Shown here one piece after another: positions 19,337-28,223 of a DNA stretch of 64,000 nucleotides. The stretch covers positions 2,284 to 66,283 of the forward strand of contig CAYHAM010000001.1 in assembly GCA_964354685.1 (NCBI GenBank). The letters are read 5' to 3'. A program made the translations under genes and the position numbers. Each line of letters begins with the position of its first letter. Position 1 is the first letter of the stretch. This DNA comes from an uncultured Methanosarcinales archaeon. Its GTDB lineage: Archaea; Nanobdellota; Nanobdellia; Woesearchaeales; JAGVZT01. The notes below the pieces were generated by a model. The model saw only the letters and a list, made by a program, of their open reading frames with translations. It had not been told where the DNA came from and made no database searches.

Positions 19337-21373
19337 ATGCCTAATGGAGAGGGTGGTGGAAGTGTTTCTGGGGGGAGAATTCCAACAGGAAAGGCTTCTG
19401 CAGGTAGTACTGTTGCAGATGCTTTGGCATCATTAGCACTTAAAAAACTCACAGAAAAGAAGGAAAAAAAGGAAGAACCCTCTGCTCCTCGTAAATTCCT
19501 TGGTTTTCTTAATAGAAACTTTAGAAGCAGTGTTGGTGGTTTTTTAGGCTATGCTACCAAAGATGTTAGAAAAGTCTTGCAATTTCTTGAGACCACAATC
19601 TTTGCTAATCTTGCTCGTATAGCCGTTGTGGTGATTTTTGTCTCAGTTCTTTTAATTGGGCAGCGTTTGATCTATGCACCAGCCAAGGTGTATGCAGCTG
19701 AGGAAGATATGACTATTCCAGAGGCTATTTTGTATAAAACAACGGAAACAATAACAAAAACCGCTGAAAACATCTTAAAACCAATAGATGCTGCTCTTGA
19801 CAAGTTTGAATATATAACTTATAGGCAGTTTGTTGAAACAGAATATGTTGATGACAAATGGTATGGAATTAAACTTACAGTTGAACCTAGAAAAGATGAG
19901 TTTAGTTTAGAAGAGCCTGTTGAATGGATAGGTGTTGCTAAGGTCGGCTATTTCAAAGAGGTTGAAGAGAAAAATGTTGATATAGAATGTGATATAAAGG
20001 ATGGAACCAATATCAAGATAGTAAACCCTTTAACAGGGACAATCCCAATTAAGCAGCTTGCAATGGGTGGACAAAAAGTAATCAAGTGCTCAGCTGACTC
20101 TATCCCTTCAGGAGGTAATAAGGATGCCAGCATAAATTTAAAGTTCCCATTTATTGCAAAGGCATCTCTTCCAGTATCAATAATGGATGCTAATTCATAT
20201 GAGGTAGAATATGAACAAAGATTAGATCAAATGATAGAATTGGATGTTGAAAACCCTTCTAAAGAGGCTGCGTTTGCTGTTGCTAAGCAAGTTAATGTTA
20301 AACCTGAAGAAAAAGCTGAAACATATCATTCCTTGGTTGAGATTGGGGCACAGATGGTTGAGTACCAACCTTTGAGAAAAGATCCAAAAGCAAAAGAGGA
20401 CTTTACACTTAAAATTATGGTTTTGAACCAGGGAGAAGGGACTGCGAAGATAACCAATATTGACATAACATCTGAGGGCAACCTTCAGTTCCTAAATATT
20501 GATCCTAATCAATTTACAGATATAAAACCACTTACTCCAGATGATGCAATCAAAACATTTTACATTGACGTTGACGTAAGTGGTTTTGAATTAGATCCAA
20601 AACTTGCTGTAACAGGGACAAGGATAAACATAGTAGTAAATTATGAATATAACATTACTGGAGAAACAGAGGTTAAGATAGAGCTGCCTCCTGAGATATT
20701 GGGTGGAAAAGAATTGGAAGGGGTTGAAGAGACAACAGAAGGACCACCATGGCCAGAATCCACCCCAGAGGAATATGATAGCAATGTGGGGCCTTGGGTT
20801 GATTGTAGTAATATAAATCCACCTAGTACAGCATTCATTGATGCATATGAAGGGAGAGTTGATGGAATCCCCTTCAATGTTCCAGGAAAAACGTTGAAAC
20901 AAGTAACAGAAGAAATCGCAGGACAATATCACATTGACAAAGCATTGCTGGCAGCAATAGAAGCAGAAGAGACTGGTATGCATTATGTGGGAGAAGAGCT
21001 GTGCCCACCAAGTAAGAGTGGTGGAAAAAGTTATTTAACAGGATGTACCACTAGTACTTCATGCGTGTGTGGGAAAGGTAAAACTGATTGCACACCTGAA
21101 ACTTCGATATGTGAATGTGATAGTCATTTTTTAGAATCTGATGAAACACAAATAGAGTGTACAGCAACCACGCTTAGGGGAGCATATGATGCTTCTATGC
21201 ATACTGGCACTGGGCTTTATGGAGCAAGGTGTTCTCAGTACAAAGATGAACCTTATAAGGTTTGGAGATGTATTTTCTGCACATATGCTGGAAAAGATGA
21301 TATTTATTGCAATTGGGCAGATACTATATTAGATGTTTATTGTAGCTGGAACAATTATTATAATGGTGGTTAA
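19337..21373 (+). CDS. Large type-II membrane-anchored surface protein. It has CARDB-like Ig repeats and a Cys-rich C-terminal domain with a possible lysozyme/SLT-like motif.
   Basis: Internal TM IAVVVIFVSVLLIG. Repeat segment LKIMVLNQGEGTAKITNIDI. C-terminal YHIDKALLAAIEAEETG followed by about 25 Cys. Confidence 0.4.
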   Translation: MPNGEGGGSVSGGRIPTGKASAGSTVADALASLALKKLTEKKEKKEEPSAPRKFLGFLNRNFRSSVGGFLGYATKDVRKVLQFLETTIFANLARIAVVVIFVSVLLIGQRLIYAPAKVYAAEEDMTIPEAILYKTTETITKTAENILKPIDAALDKFEYITYRQFVETEYVDDKWYGIKLTVEPRKDEFSLEEPVEWIGVAKVGYFKEVEEKNVDIECDIKDGTNIKIVNPLTGTIPIKQLAMGGQKVIKCSADSIPSGGNKDASINLKFPFIAKASLPVSIMDANSYEVEYEQRLDQMIELDVENPSKEAAFAVAKQVNVKPEEKAETYHSLVEIGAQMVEYQPLRKDPKAKEDFTLKIMVLNQGEGTAKITNIDITSEGNLQFLNIDPNQFTDIKPLTPDDAIKTFYIDVDVSGFELDPKLAVTGTRINIVVNYEYNITGETEVKIELPPEILGGKELEGVEETTEGPPWPESTPEEYDSNVGPWVDCSNINPPSTAFIDAYEGRVDGIPFNVPGKTLKQVTEEIAGQYHIDKALLAAIEAEETGMHYVGEELCPPSKSGGKSYLTGCTTSTSCVCGKGKTDCTPETSICECDSHFLESDETQIECTATTLRGAYDASMHTGTGLYGARCSQYKDEPYKVWRCIFCTYAGKDDIYCNWADTILDVYCSWNNYYNGG

Positions 21374-21375
21374 TT

Positions 21376-22350
21376 ATGATTCAGAAAAATCTTGCTTTAT
21401 TGGTTTTATTGACAATATTTATCACAGGCTGTGACACCTTTTTTGGAGGGGGTGGAGGAACAGTGGAAGTGTATGATCCTTACCATGGAACTCAAGGTCT
21501 AGCTGTTACTTGGCTGGAAAATATGCCTCCTAAGGAGATATATGCCAGAAGCCCATTCAATATTGGTGTTAAGGTTGAGAATATGGGTGCTCATGATATA
21601 ACTAATGCTGTTTTGTTGTTAACACACAACACTGCTGATGCGTCTGTAACAGAAGTGAAAAAGACTATAAGCCTAGAAGGCAAATCCACTTTACAAAAGT
21701 ATGGTGAGAGTGATGCTATTTTCTGGGATGCAGAGGCTGTTGCAATCAATGATGTTCGCTCAACAAGCTTTGGTGTAATGGCTTGCTATGAGTATCAAAC
21801 ACATATGTTTGAGGATATTTGTATAGATCCTGACAAGTATGGCCAGAAAATGGCAGAGATAAAGAGCTGCAAAAGCATAGATGTTATCAGTTTAGAAAGC
21901 CAAGGTGCTCCTATTGCAGTTACAATGATAAAGCCAACAACAGTTTTTGATAGTAAATCAGATAAGAGTGGAACAATACAGTTTGATATAACTATACAAA
22001 ATGTTGGCGGTGGCGATGTTGGCATTGTTGGCCCAAACACTTGGTGCAGTGCATTTCTTGATACAATAACTGATAACCTTGATTTCAATGTTGTTAGGAT
22101 ATCTGGCACTTTTATGGGTCAGGCAATAACTTGTGTGCCTTCTCTTGTTTATCTTGATGATGGTAAGGAAGGGAATGTGGTATGTCAAACAAAATGGCAA
22201 GCAGACAAAGAGTTTGAAACACCACTATATATAAATCTTGGATATACATATAAACAGGTGCTTGAGCCTGTTGATGTAACTATTAAAATAATTCCTGGTT
22301 CTCTATCAGAAACTCGGACAAAGGATGCTGAGAAAAGCTTAAATAAATGA
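21376..22350 (+). CDS. Lipoprotein-like surface protein with two CARDB-like domains (paralog family A)
   Basis: Signal plus Cys (LLTIFITGCDTFFGGGGG). Motifs GTQGLAVTWLENMPPKEIY and ITIQNVGGGDVG. Paralogous to 44758..45690 and 45705..46658. Confidence 0.45.
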   Translation: MIQKNLALLVLLTIFITGCDTFFGGGGGTVEVYDPYHGTQGLAVTWLENMPPKEIYARSPFNIGVKVENMGAHDITNAVLLLTHNTADASVTEVKKTISLEGKSTLQKYGESDAIFWDAEAVAINDVRSTSFGVMACYEYQTHMFEDICIDPDKYGQKMAEIKSCKSIDVISLESQGAPIAVTMIKPTTVFDSKSDKSGTIQFDITIQNVGGGDVGIVGPNTWCSAFLDTITDNLDFNVVRISGTFMGQAITCVPSLVYLDDGKEGNVVCQTKWQADKEFETPLYINLGYTYKQVLEPVDVTIKIIPGSLSETRTKDAEKSLNK

Positions 22351-22367
22351 GCTAATCCTTCTTTTAT

Positions 22368-22838
22368 ATGATAATAGCAGTATCTGGAACACCTGGAACA
22401 GGGAAAACAACTTTAGCTAAAAATCTGGCAAAAGAACTAAAATGTAAATTAATTGATGTAAATGGGTTTGTTAAAGAGAAAAAGATTTCAGAAGGATATG
22501 ACAAAGAAAGAAAATGTGAGATTGTTGATACAAAAAAACTAAGCAAAGAGCTGATAAAATTAATAAAAGATGAGAAGAATCTAGTGATTGACTCCCACCT
22601 AAGCCATTATTTGCCTAAAGAATATGTTGATGTCTGTGTAATAACAAAATGTGAATTGAAAGAGTTAAAAAAAAGGTTAAAGAAAAAGGGTTACAAAAAG
22701 GAAAAAATAAGAGAAAACCTTGATGTTGAGATATTTGATACTTGCAAGGTTGAGGCTTTGGAAGCAGGACATAATATTATTGTTGTAGACACAACAAAAA
22801 GTTATAATATAAAAAAGATTGTTAAAAAATTGAAATGA
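22368..22838 (+). CDS. Fap7/AK6-type putative adenylate kinase (ribosome biogenesis)
   Basis: MIIAVSGTPGTGKTTLAKNLAKEL is a P-loop. The ~156-aa size and architecture match archaeal Fap7. Confidence 0.65.
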   Translation: MIIAVSGTPGTGKTTLAKNLAKELKCKLIDVNGFVKEKKISEGYDKERKCEIVDTKKLSKELIKLIKDEKNLVIDSHLSHYLPKEYVDVCVITKCELKELKKRLKKKGYKKEKIRENLDVEIFDTCKVEALEAGHNIIVVDTTKSYNIKKIVKKLK

Positions 22839-23956
22839 AAAAAGAACTAACTGGTTTAGAATTGCATTATTTAATCCAAGAGCTGAATTTGTTAATAGGT
22901 TCAAAGGTTGACAAGGTTTATCATCCAAATAAGAGAGAATTAATAATAAATTTTTACTTGTCAGGCAAGGGTAAAGAGATCCTTAGGGTTTTAGTGCCTA
23001 ATTTCATATATATAACAGAACACAAACAAGAGTATCCACAAACCCCTTCTGGCTTTTGTGTGCTTCTAAGAAAGCATCTTGAAAACACAAGATTGAAAGA
23101 GATAAATCAATTGGGTTTTGAAAGGATTGTTGAATTTGTTTTTGAACACAAACAAGGCAAGCGAATATTGATATTTGAATTGTTCAGCAAGGGGAACATT
23201 GTTTTATGTAAAGAAGACTATACAATTATTGCAACATTAGAAGTACAAAAGTGGAGTAAAAGGACTGTAAAGCCTGGAGTTAGATATGAGTATCCAAAAA
23301 AGGAGTTTAATTTTTTGAGATTAAAAGAAGAAGAATTTGCAAAGCTCATGAAGGAATCAAAAAAGAACCTGGTTAAAACACTAGCTGTTGATCTTGGCCT
23401 AGGAGGGGTTTATGCAGAAGAGCTCTGCTTAATGGCAATGGTTGACAAAAACAAAAAAGTGGTTGATAATAGCGAAATTAAGAGTTTGATTAAGGCCTCT
23501 GAAAAGTTAAGAAGCAAGAAAACCAATGCCTCAATAATATATGAAGGGCAAGTGGTCGTTGATGTGGTTCCTATTGAGCTTGAATTTTACAAAGAACTTA
23601 AGAAAAGGGAATTTAAAACATATAATGATGCTTTGGATGCTTCACTAACCAAAGTTCTTGTGAAAGAGGAAAAGGAGCAAAGGCTATCAGGGCATCAAAA
23701 ACAAATAGAAAAGTTGAATAGGATTGTTGAAAAACAAGAGCAACATGTTACAAAGCTAGAAAAAGATATTGAAGAGAACACAGAAAAGGCAGAATTAATC
23801 TACAAAAACTATAAACTTGTTGATAATGTATTAACTGAATTAAGAAAAGCAAGGGAAAGGCTTTCTTGGGAAGAGATTAAGCAAAGGCTAAAAGGACACA
23901 AAGTGGTAAAAGATATAAAAGAAAAGGAAAAGGCAATTGTTATAGAACTCAAATAA
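22835..23956 (+). CDS. NFACT-family protein (RqcH/NEMF/FbpA-like N-terminal domain). It is short and has a coiled-coil C-terminus.
   Basis: MKKELTGLELHYLIQELNLLIGSKVDKVYHPNKRELIINFY...ILIFELFSKGNIVL is the NFACT-N signature. Confidence 0.5.
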   Translation: MKKELTGLELHYLIQELNLLIGSKVDKVYHPNKRELIINFYLSGKGKEILRVLVPNFIYITEHKQEYPQTPSGFCVLLRKHLENTRLKEINQLGFERIVEFVFEHKQGKRILIFELFSKGNIVLCKEDYTIIATLEVQKWSKRTVKPGVRYEYPKKEFNFLRLKEEEFAKLMKESKKNLVKTLAVDLGLGGVYAEELCLMAMVDKNKKVVDNSEIKSLIKASEKLRSKKTNASIIYEGQVVVDVVPIELEFYKELKKREFKTYNDALDASLTKVLVKEEKEQRLSGHQKQIEKLNRIVEKQEQHVTKLEKDIEENTEKAELIYKNYKLVDNVLTELRKARERLSWEEIKQRLKGHKVVKDIKEKEKAIVIELK

Positions 23957-24073
23957 CTCTTTGTCAAAAACCATCCGTCATAGACAGGTGGCATGCTTAT
24001 GAGAAAATGACACTACCACTTGGTTTTTGACACTCAGAATTCCATGAATCACTTGGTGGTTCTTGAGCATCCT

Positions 24074-24122
24074 CAGAAACGCTTTGCGTTTCTGGGAAAC
24101 CAGAAATTCCTTAGGGAATTTC
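24074..24122. terminator. Two hairpins downstream of the 5S rRNA 3' end, on the minus strand: CAGAAACGC-TTT-GCGTTTCTG and GAAATTCC-TTAG-GGAATTTC
   Basis: Perfect inverted repeats seen in the sequence. The second belongs to the GAAATTC palindrome family found elsewhere in the window. Confidence 0.4.
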
Positions 24123-24185
24123 TAAGTTCAACAGATTCCACTTAGACCACCTATTAGAGATGCGTGGAATTCTGTTGTTTAAAAA

Positions 24186-24304
24186 GTGATGAACAGCTTT
24201 CTGGATCTCCCGTATAAATTACAGTACTGTCCAGAACGTAGGCCTGCTTGACTTCCGAGTTCGGGATGGGATCGGGTAGGACCAGGCCACTATGGCCGTT
24301 CATC
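24186..24304 (-). rRNA. rrf: 5S ribosomal RNA (stand-alone, about 119 nt)
   Basis: The minus strand reads GATGAACGGCCATAGTGGCCTGGTCCTACCCGATCCCATCCCGAACTCGGAAGTCAAGCAGGCCTACG...GCTGTTCATCAC. It has the conserved loop C/helix III motif CCCGAACUCGGAAGUUAAGC and terminal helix I pairing. Confidence 0.9.
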
Positions 24305-24324
24305 AAGCAAGGGTAACAAAGGCT

Positions 24325-24335
24325 AATATTTAAAG
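24325..24335 (-). promoter_or_regulatory. Putative TATA box (TTTAAATATT on the minus strand) about 25 bp upstream of the 5S rRNA 5' end
   Basis: AT-rich TATA-like octamer at the position expected for an archaeal promoter. Confidence 0.35.
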
Positions 24336-25127
24336 TTTTACCTTATTCACATCTGATAAAGTATGAATATGAACCTCTTTTCCAGAACTCAAATATCCTT
24401 GTAAAAGGCCCTTTTCTGCAAGCTTTGGAAAAATATCCCTTTCTAAACTTGTACCTATATACTCCAATAGTTCTGGTTCAGCAACAAATATTGGTGAAAA
24501 AACAAGATTTATATCTGATTTTTTTGGTTTTTGTACAAAATGCAGTATCTTTCTCCCTTCCATGCTAACTGTGCCTTTTTCTGAAGGTTTAGGAGCGGTT
24601 GTTAGCATTAATGTGGCAATATGATTCTGCCTGATATGTGAATCCCAAAGCGCCTCAATGTTAACACTGTTAAAAACAATGTCTCCATAAACAGCCAAAA
24701 ACCTTGTGTTGATTTTGCCCTTTATTAGTTTAAGAGTTGTTGCTGTGCCTTTTGATATTTTCTCCTCGATGTAGTCAACCTTAACCCCATAGGCAGCACC
24801 ATCTCTTAGTATCTCAAAGGCTTTTGTTAAGAGATTGTTCCTTGCTATTATAAAGATGTTTTTGAACCCAGATTCCCGAAGCTTTTCCACAGCATACTCT
24901 AAAACGGTTTTTTCTCTTATTTTAACACTGATCATAAAGTCTCCATTTACCATAAGCTTTTCTTCATGGCCTCCTGCTAATATAACAGCTGTTTTTTTAT
25001 CTCCCAAAGAGGTGCTAACAAGATACCCTATGGCTTGGCTTCTATTTCTAATATACAGGTTGTCTATAACCTTGTCAACTTCCCTTAAGAGGGAATTCTC
25101 AATTGTGATTGAGATCTTTGTTTTCAT
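24330..25127 (-). CDS. Ribbon-helix-helix (CopG-like) domain fused to a sugar-phosphate nucleotidyltransferase domain
   Basis: N-terminus KISITIENSLLREVDKVIDNLYIRNRSQAIGYLV is RHH-like. It is followed by AVILAGGHEEKL...FIIARNN, an NTP_transferase fold. Confidence 0.5.
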   Translation of the reverse strand: MKTKISITIENSLLREVDKVIDNLYIRNRSQAIGYLVSTSLGDKKTAVILAGGHEEKLMVNGDFMISVKIREKTVLEYAVEKLRESGFKNIFIIARNNLLTKAFEILRDGAAYGVKVDYIEEKISKGTATTLKLIKGKINTRFLAVYGDIVFNSVNIEALWDSHIRQNHIATLMLTTAPKPSEKGTVSMEGRKILHFVQKPKKSDINLVFSPIFVAEPELLEYIGTSLERDIFPKLAEKGLLQGYLSSGKEVHIHTLSDVNKVKL

Positions 25128-25240
25128 ACAAAGATAAATAGTTTAACCCTTTATATATTTATCGGATAAAGTAGGATATAGGTAAGATATTTATATGGAA
25201 CATAAAACTCTCAATAAACAAGGCTTAGAGGTTTTTGATT

Positions 25241-26536
25241 ATGAAAGTTGCAATAATTGGTTCTGGGTATGTTGGGCTAGTAACAGCCTCTTGCTTGGCT
25301 GAGATTGGACATAAGGTTGTTTGTGTTGATAATGATCTTAAGAAAATCGAGATGCTCAAAAAGCTAAAAATGCCCCATTATGAGCCAGGAATAGAAGATT
25401 TTGTGAGAAGGAATGTTAAGGCTAAGAGGTTGAGCTTTACAACAGATTTGAAAGATGCTGTCAGGAGCTCTGATGTGATATTTATGGCGGTTGGTACACC
25501 TTCAAGAGCAGACGGAAGTGCTGACCTCAGCTATGTTGAGGGTGTTGCTAGGCAAATAGCTCAAGCAATGGATAGTTACAAGGTTGTTGTTGAGAAAAGC
25601 ACTGTGCCTGTTCAAACTGGTGAAAGGATTAAGAGAACCATAAAAATTTACAAGAGAAAAAATGTTGAATTTGATGTTGTTTCCAACCCTGAGTTTCTAA
25701 GAGAAGGCTCTGCTATTGAAGACTTCATGAAACCTGATAGGATTGTGATTGGGGTTGAGAGCAAAAAGGCAGAGGAGATTATGCAAGAGCTTTACAAACC
25801 CATAAAAGGGCAATTAATAGTAACTGATATAAACAGTGCTGAGATGATCAAGCACGCCTCTAATTCATTCTTAGCAACAAAGATAAGTTTCATCAATGCT
25901 GTTGCAAATATATGTGAGAAAACAGGTGCTGATGTTAAGAAGGTTGCTGAGGGTATGGGCAAAGACAGAAGGATTGGGCCAGGATTCTTAGAAGCAGGCA
26001 TAGGTTATGGTGGGAGCTGTTTCCCAAAAGATGTTGATGCATTTATAAGGATATCTGATGAAGCTGGTTATGATTTCAGATTATTAAAAGAGGTCCAAGC
26101 AATAAACAATGCCCAGAAAGAGTTTTTTGTAAAAAAGATTCATGATGTGCTCTGGGTTGTAAAAAACAAAACAATTGGTGTGTGGGGCTTATCTTTTAAG
26201 CCAGACACAGATGATATGAGAGAGGCGCCCTCTATTTATGTAATAAATGCCCTACAAAAAGAGGGTGCAAAAATAAAGGCTTATTGTCCAGGGGCAATGG
26301 AAAACGCAAAGAGAATATTTAAAGGGGTTAAGTTTTGCAAAGAGCCTTATGAAGCTAGCAAAGGGTGTGAGGCCCTTGTTATAATGACTGAATGGGATGT
26401 GTTCAAAAGGACAAACATGAAAAAAGTAAAATCATTGATGAAAAATCCTTTGGTCATTGACGGGAGGAACATATTTGAACCAAAAGATATGAAAAAACTT
26501 GGGTTTGACTATCATTGTGTTGGTAGGGGGCAATAA
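25241..26536 (+). CDS. ugd: UDP-glucose 6-dehydrogenase (nucleotide-sugar dehydrogenase)
   Basis: MKVAIIGSGYVGLVTASCLAEIGHKVVCVD is the Rossmann motif, with the family catalytic Cys in the GYGGSCFPKD motif. It is 433 aa. Confidence 0.85.
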   Translation: MKVAIIGSGYVGLVTASCLAEIGHKVVCVDNDLKKIEMLKKLKMPHYEPGIEDFVRRNVKAKRLSFTTDLKDAVRSSDVIFMAVGTPSRADGSADLSYVEGVARQIAQAMDSYKVVVEKSTVPVQTGERIKRTIKIYKRKNVEFDVVSNPEFLREGSAIEDFMKPDRIVIGVESKKAEEIMQELYKPIKGQLIVTDINSAEMIKHASNSFLATKISFINAVANICEKTGADVKKVAEGMGKDRRIGPGFLEAGIGYGGSCFPKDVDAFIRISDEAGYDFRLLKEVQAINNAQKEFFVKKIHDVLWVVKNKTIGVWGLSFKPDTDDMREAPSIYVINALQKEGAKIKAYCPGAMENAKRIFKGVKFCKEPYEASKGCEALVIMTEWDVFKRTNMKKVKSLMKNPLVIDGRNIFEPKDMKKLGFDYHCVGRGQ

Positions 26537-26537
26537 G

Positions 26538-27272
26538 ATGAAGGTAATTATCCCGGCAGCAGGTTATGCAACAAGGCTTTATCCATCAACTATGAACAAA
26601 CCAAAGCACCTTTTAGATGTTAAAGGTAAACCAATAATAGAGCACATCATCAAAAAGATTGAAGAGCTTAATGCTGTGGACGAGATCTTTATTATCACAA
26701 ATGAAAAATTTTATTCTAATTTTAAGGAATGGTCAAAAAAATTCTCAAGTAAAATTCCCATAAAGATATTCAACGATGGTACAATATCTAATGATGACAG
26801 GCTTGGTTCAATCGGCGACATAAAGTTTGTTTTAGATAAAACAAAGTTGGATGATAATCTCTTAGTGGTTGCTGGTGATAATCTTTTTAATTTCTCTTTA
26901 AAGGGGGTGTATGATTTTTTCATAGATAAAAAGACAAATATCAATGCATTGTATGATATAAAATCATTTGAGGACGCAAGGCAGCTTGGTGTGGCAACAA
27001 TTAACAAAGAAGGTAAGATTATTGAGTTTAAAGAGAAGCCCAAATCCCCAAAGTCAACTTTGGTTTCGCCAGCAATTTACTTATTTCCAAGGCATAAAGT
27101 AAATCTAATATCAAAATATATTAAGGAAGATAATAACCCGGATAAAATTGGTTACTTTATGGAGTGGTTGCTAGCAAACGATGAGCTTTATGGTTATGTT
27201 TATGAGGAAAAATGGTTTGACATTGGTTGGCCTTCCTCTTTAGAGCAGGCAAGGAAAGAATTCAAAGGATAG
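26538..27272 (+). CDS. Sugar-1-phosphate nucleotidyltransferase (glucose-1-phosphate thymidylyl/uridylyltransferase-like)
   Basis: MKVIIPAAGYATRLYPSTMNKPKHLLDVKGKPIIEH is the nucleotidyltransferase signature. Confidence 0.75.
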   Translation: MKVIIPAAGYATRLYPSTMNKPKHLLDVKGKPIIEHIIKKIEELNAVDEIFIITNEKFYSNFKEWSKKFSSKIPIKIFNDGTISNDDRLGSIGDIKFVLDKTKLDDNLLVVAGDNLFNFSLKGVYDFFIDKKTNINALYDIKSFEDARQLGVATINKEGKIIEFKEKPKSPKSTLVSPAIYLFPRHKVNLISKYIKEDNNPDKIGYFMEWLLANDELYGYVYEEKWFDIGWPSSLEQARKEFKG

Positions 27273-27305
27273 CTTTAAATAATCTTTTAGGTTTTTTTAT
27301 TCAAA

Positions 27306-28223
27306 ATGAAAGTTCTTGTAACAGGTGGTGGTGGTTTTATTGGTAGCCATATTGTAGACACCTTAATAAGTAATGGTTATGGGGTGGTGATTGTTGACAA
27401 CCTAATTACTGGCAAGAGGAGGAATGTGAACAAAGAAGCCAAATTCTATAATGTTGATCTAACTTCTAAAGAATTGAAAAAAGTATTCAAAAAAGAATCG
27501 CCAGATTTTGTTTCTCATCAAGCTGCACAAGTAAATGTAAGACATTCTATTAAAAATCCTCTTTTTGATGCACACAACAATATTCTGGGTGGTGTAAATC
27601 TGTTGGAGTGTTGTAAAGATTATAAGGTTAAGAGGGTTGTTTATGCAAGCTCTGGTGGTGCTATATACGGCAACCCAAAATACTTGCCATGTGATGAAAA
27701 ACACCCAATAAAGCCAATAAGTCCTTATGGTGTTTCAAAGTTCACTGTTGAACTTTTTTTAAACTATTATCACCAAACATTTGGTTTAGAGTATTGCGCT
27801 TTGCGCTATTCAAATGTTTATGGCCCAAGGCAGGACCCAAAAGGGGAGGCTGGTATTGTTACGATTTTTATAGATAATTTATTGAACAAAAAGCAATGCA
27901 CGATAAATGGAGATGGCAAACAAACAAGGGATTTTGTTTATGTCAAAGATGTTGCTAATGCAAACCTTCTAGCTTTGAAAGGCGAATGCAATGGTTGTGC
28001 AATAAATATTGGGAGTGGAAAAGAGCTTTCGATAAATGGGCTTTATAAAAAGATAAAAATTGCTTTGGGTTCTGATAAAAATCCAGCATATGGCTCTGCA
28101 ATAAAAGGAGAAGTGAATCATATTTATTTAGATATAAAGTTGGCAAAAAAGGTTTGGGGTTGGGTACCTAAATTTGATTTGGACAAAGGACTTAAAGAAA
28201 CAATCAAGTGGTTTAAAAAATGA
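27306..28223 (+). CDS. NAD-dependent epimerase/dehydratase (UDP-glucose 4-epimerase-like SDR)
   Basis: MKVLVTGGGGFIGSHIV with extended-SDR architecture and a YxxxK active site. Confidence 0.75.
   Translation: MKVLVTGGGGFIGSHIVDTLISNGYGVVIVDNLITGKRRNVNKEAKFYNVDLTSKELKKVFKKESPDFVSHQAAQVNVRHSIKNPLFDAHNNILGGVNLLECCKDYKVKRVVYASSGGAIYGNPKYLPCDEKHPIKPISPYGVSKFTVELFLNYYHQTFGLEYCALRYSNVYGPRQDPKGEAGIVTIFIDNLLNKKQCTINGDGKQTRDFVYVKDVANANLLALKGECNGCAINIGSGKELSINGLYKKIKIALGSDKNPAYGSAIKGEVNHIYLDIKLAKKVWGWVPKFDLDKGLKETIKWFKK

Noticed and set aside
23957-24073. A possible additional ncRNA between the NFACT gene and the 5S terminator hairpins (direct repeat CACTTGGT x2)
   Set aside because: There is no recognisable conserved RNA motif. 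It is treated as untranslated or terminator sequence.
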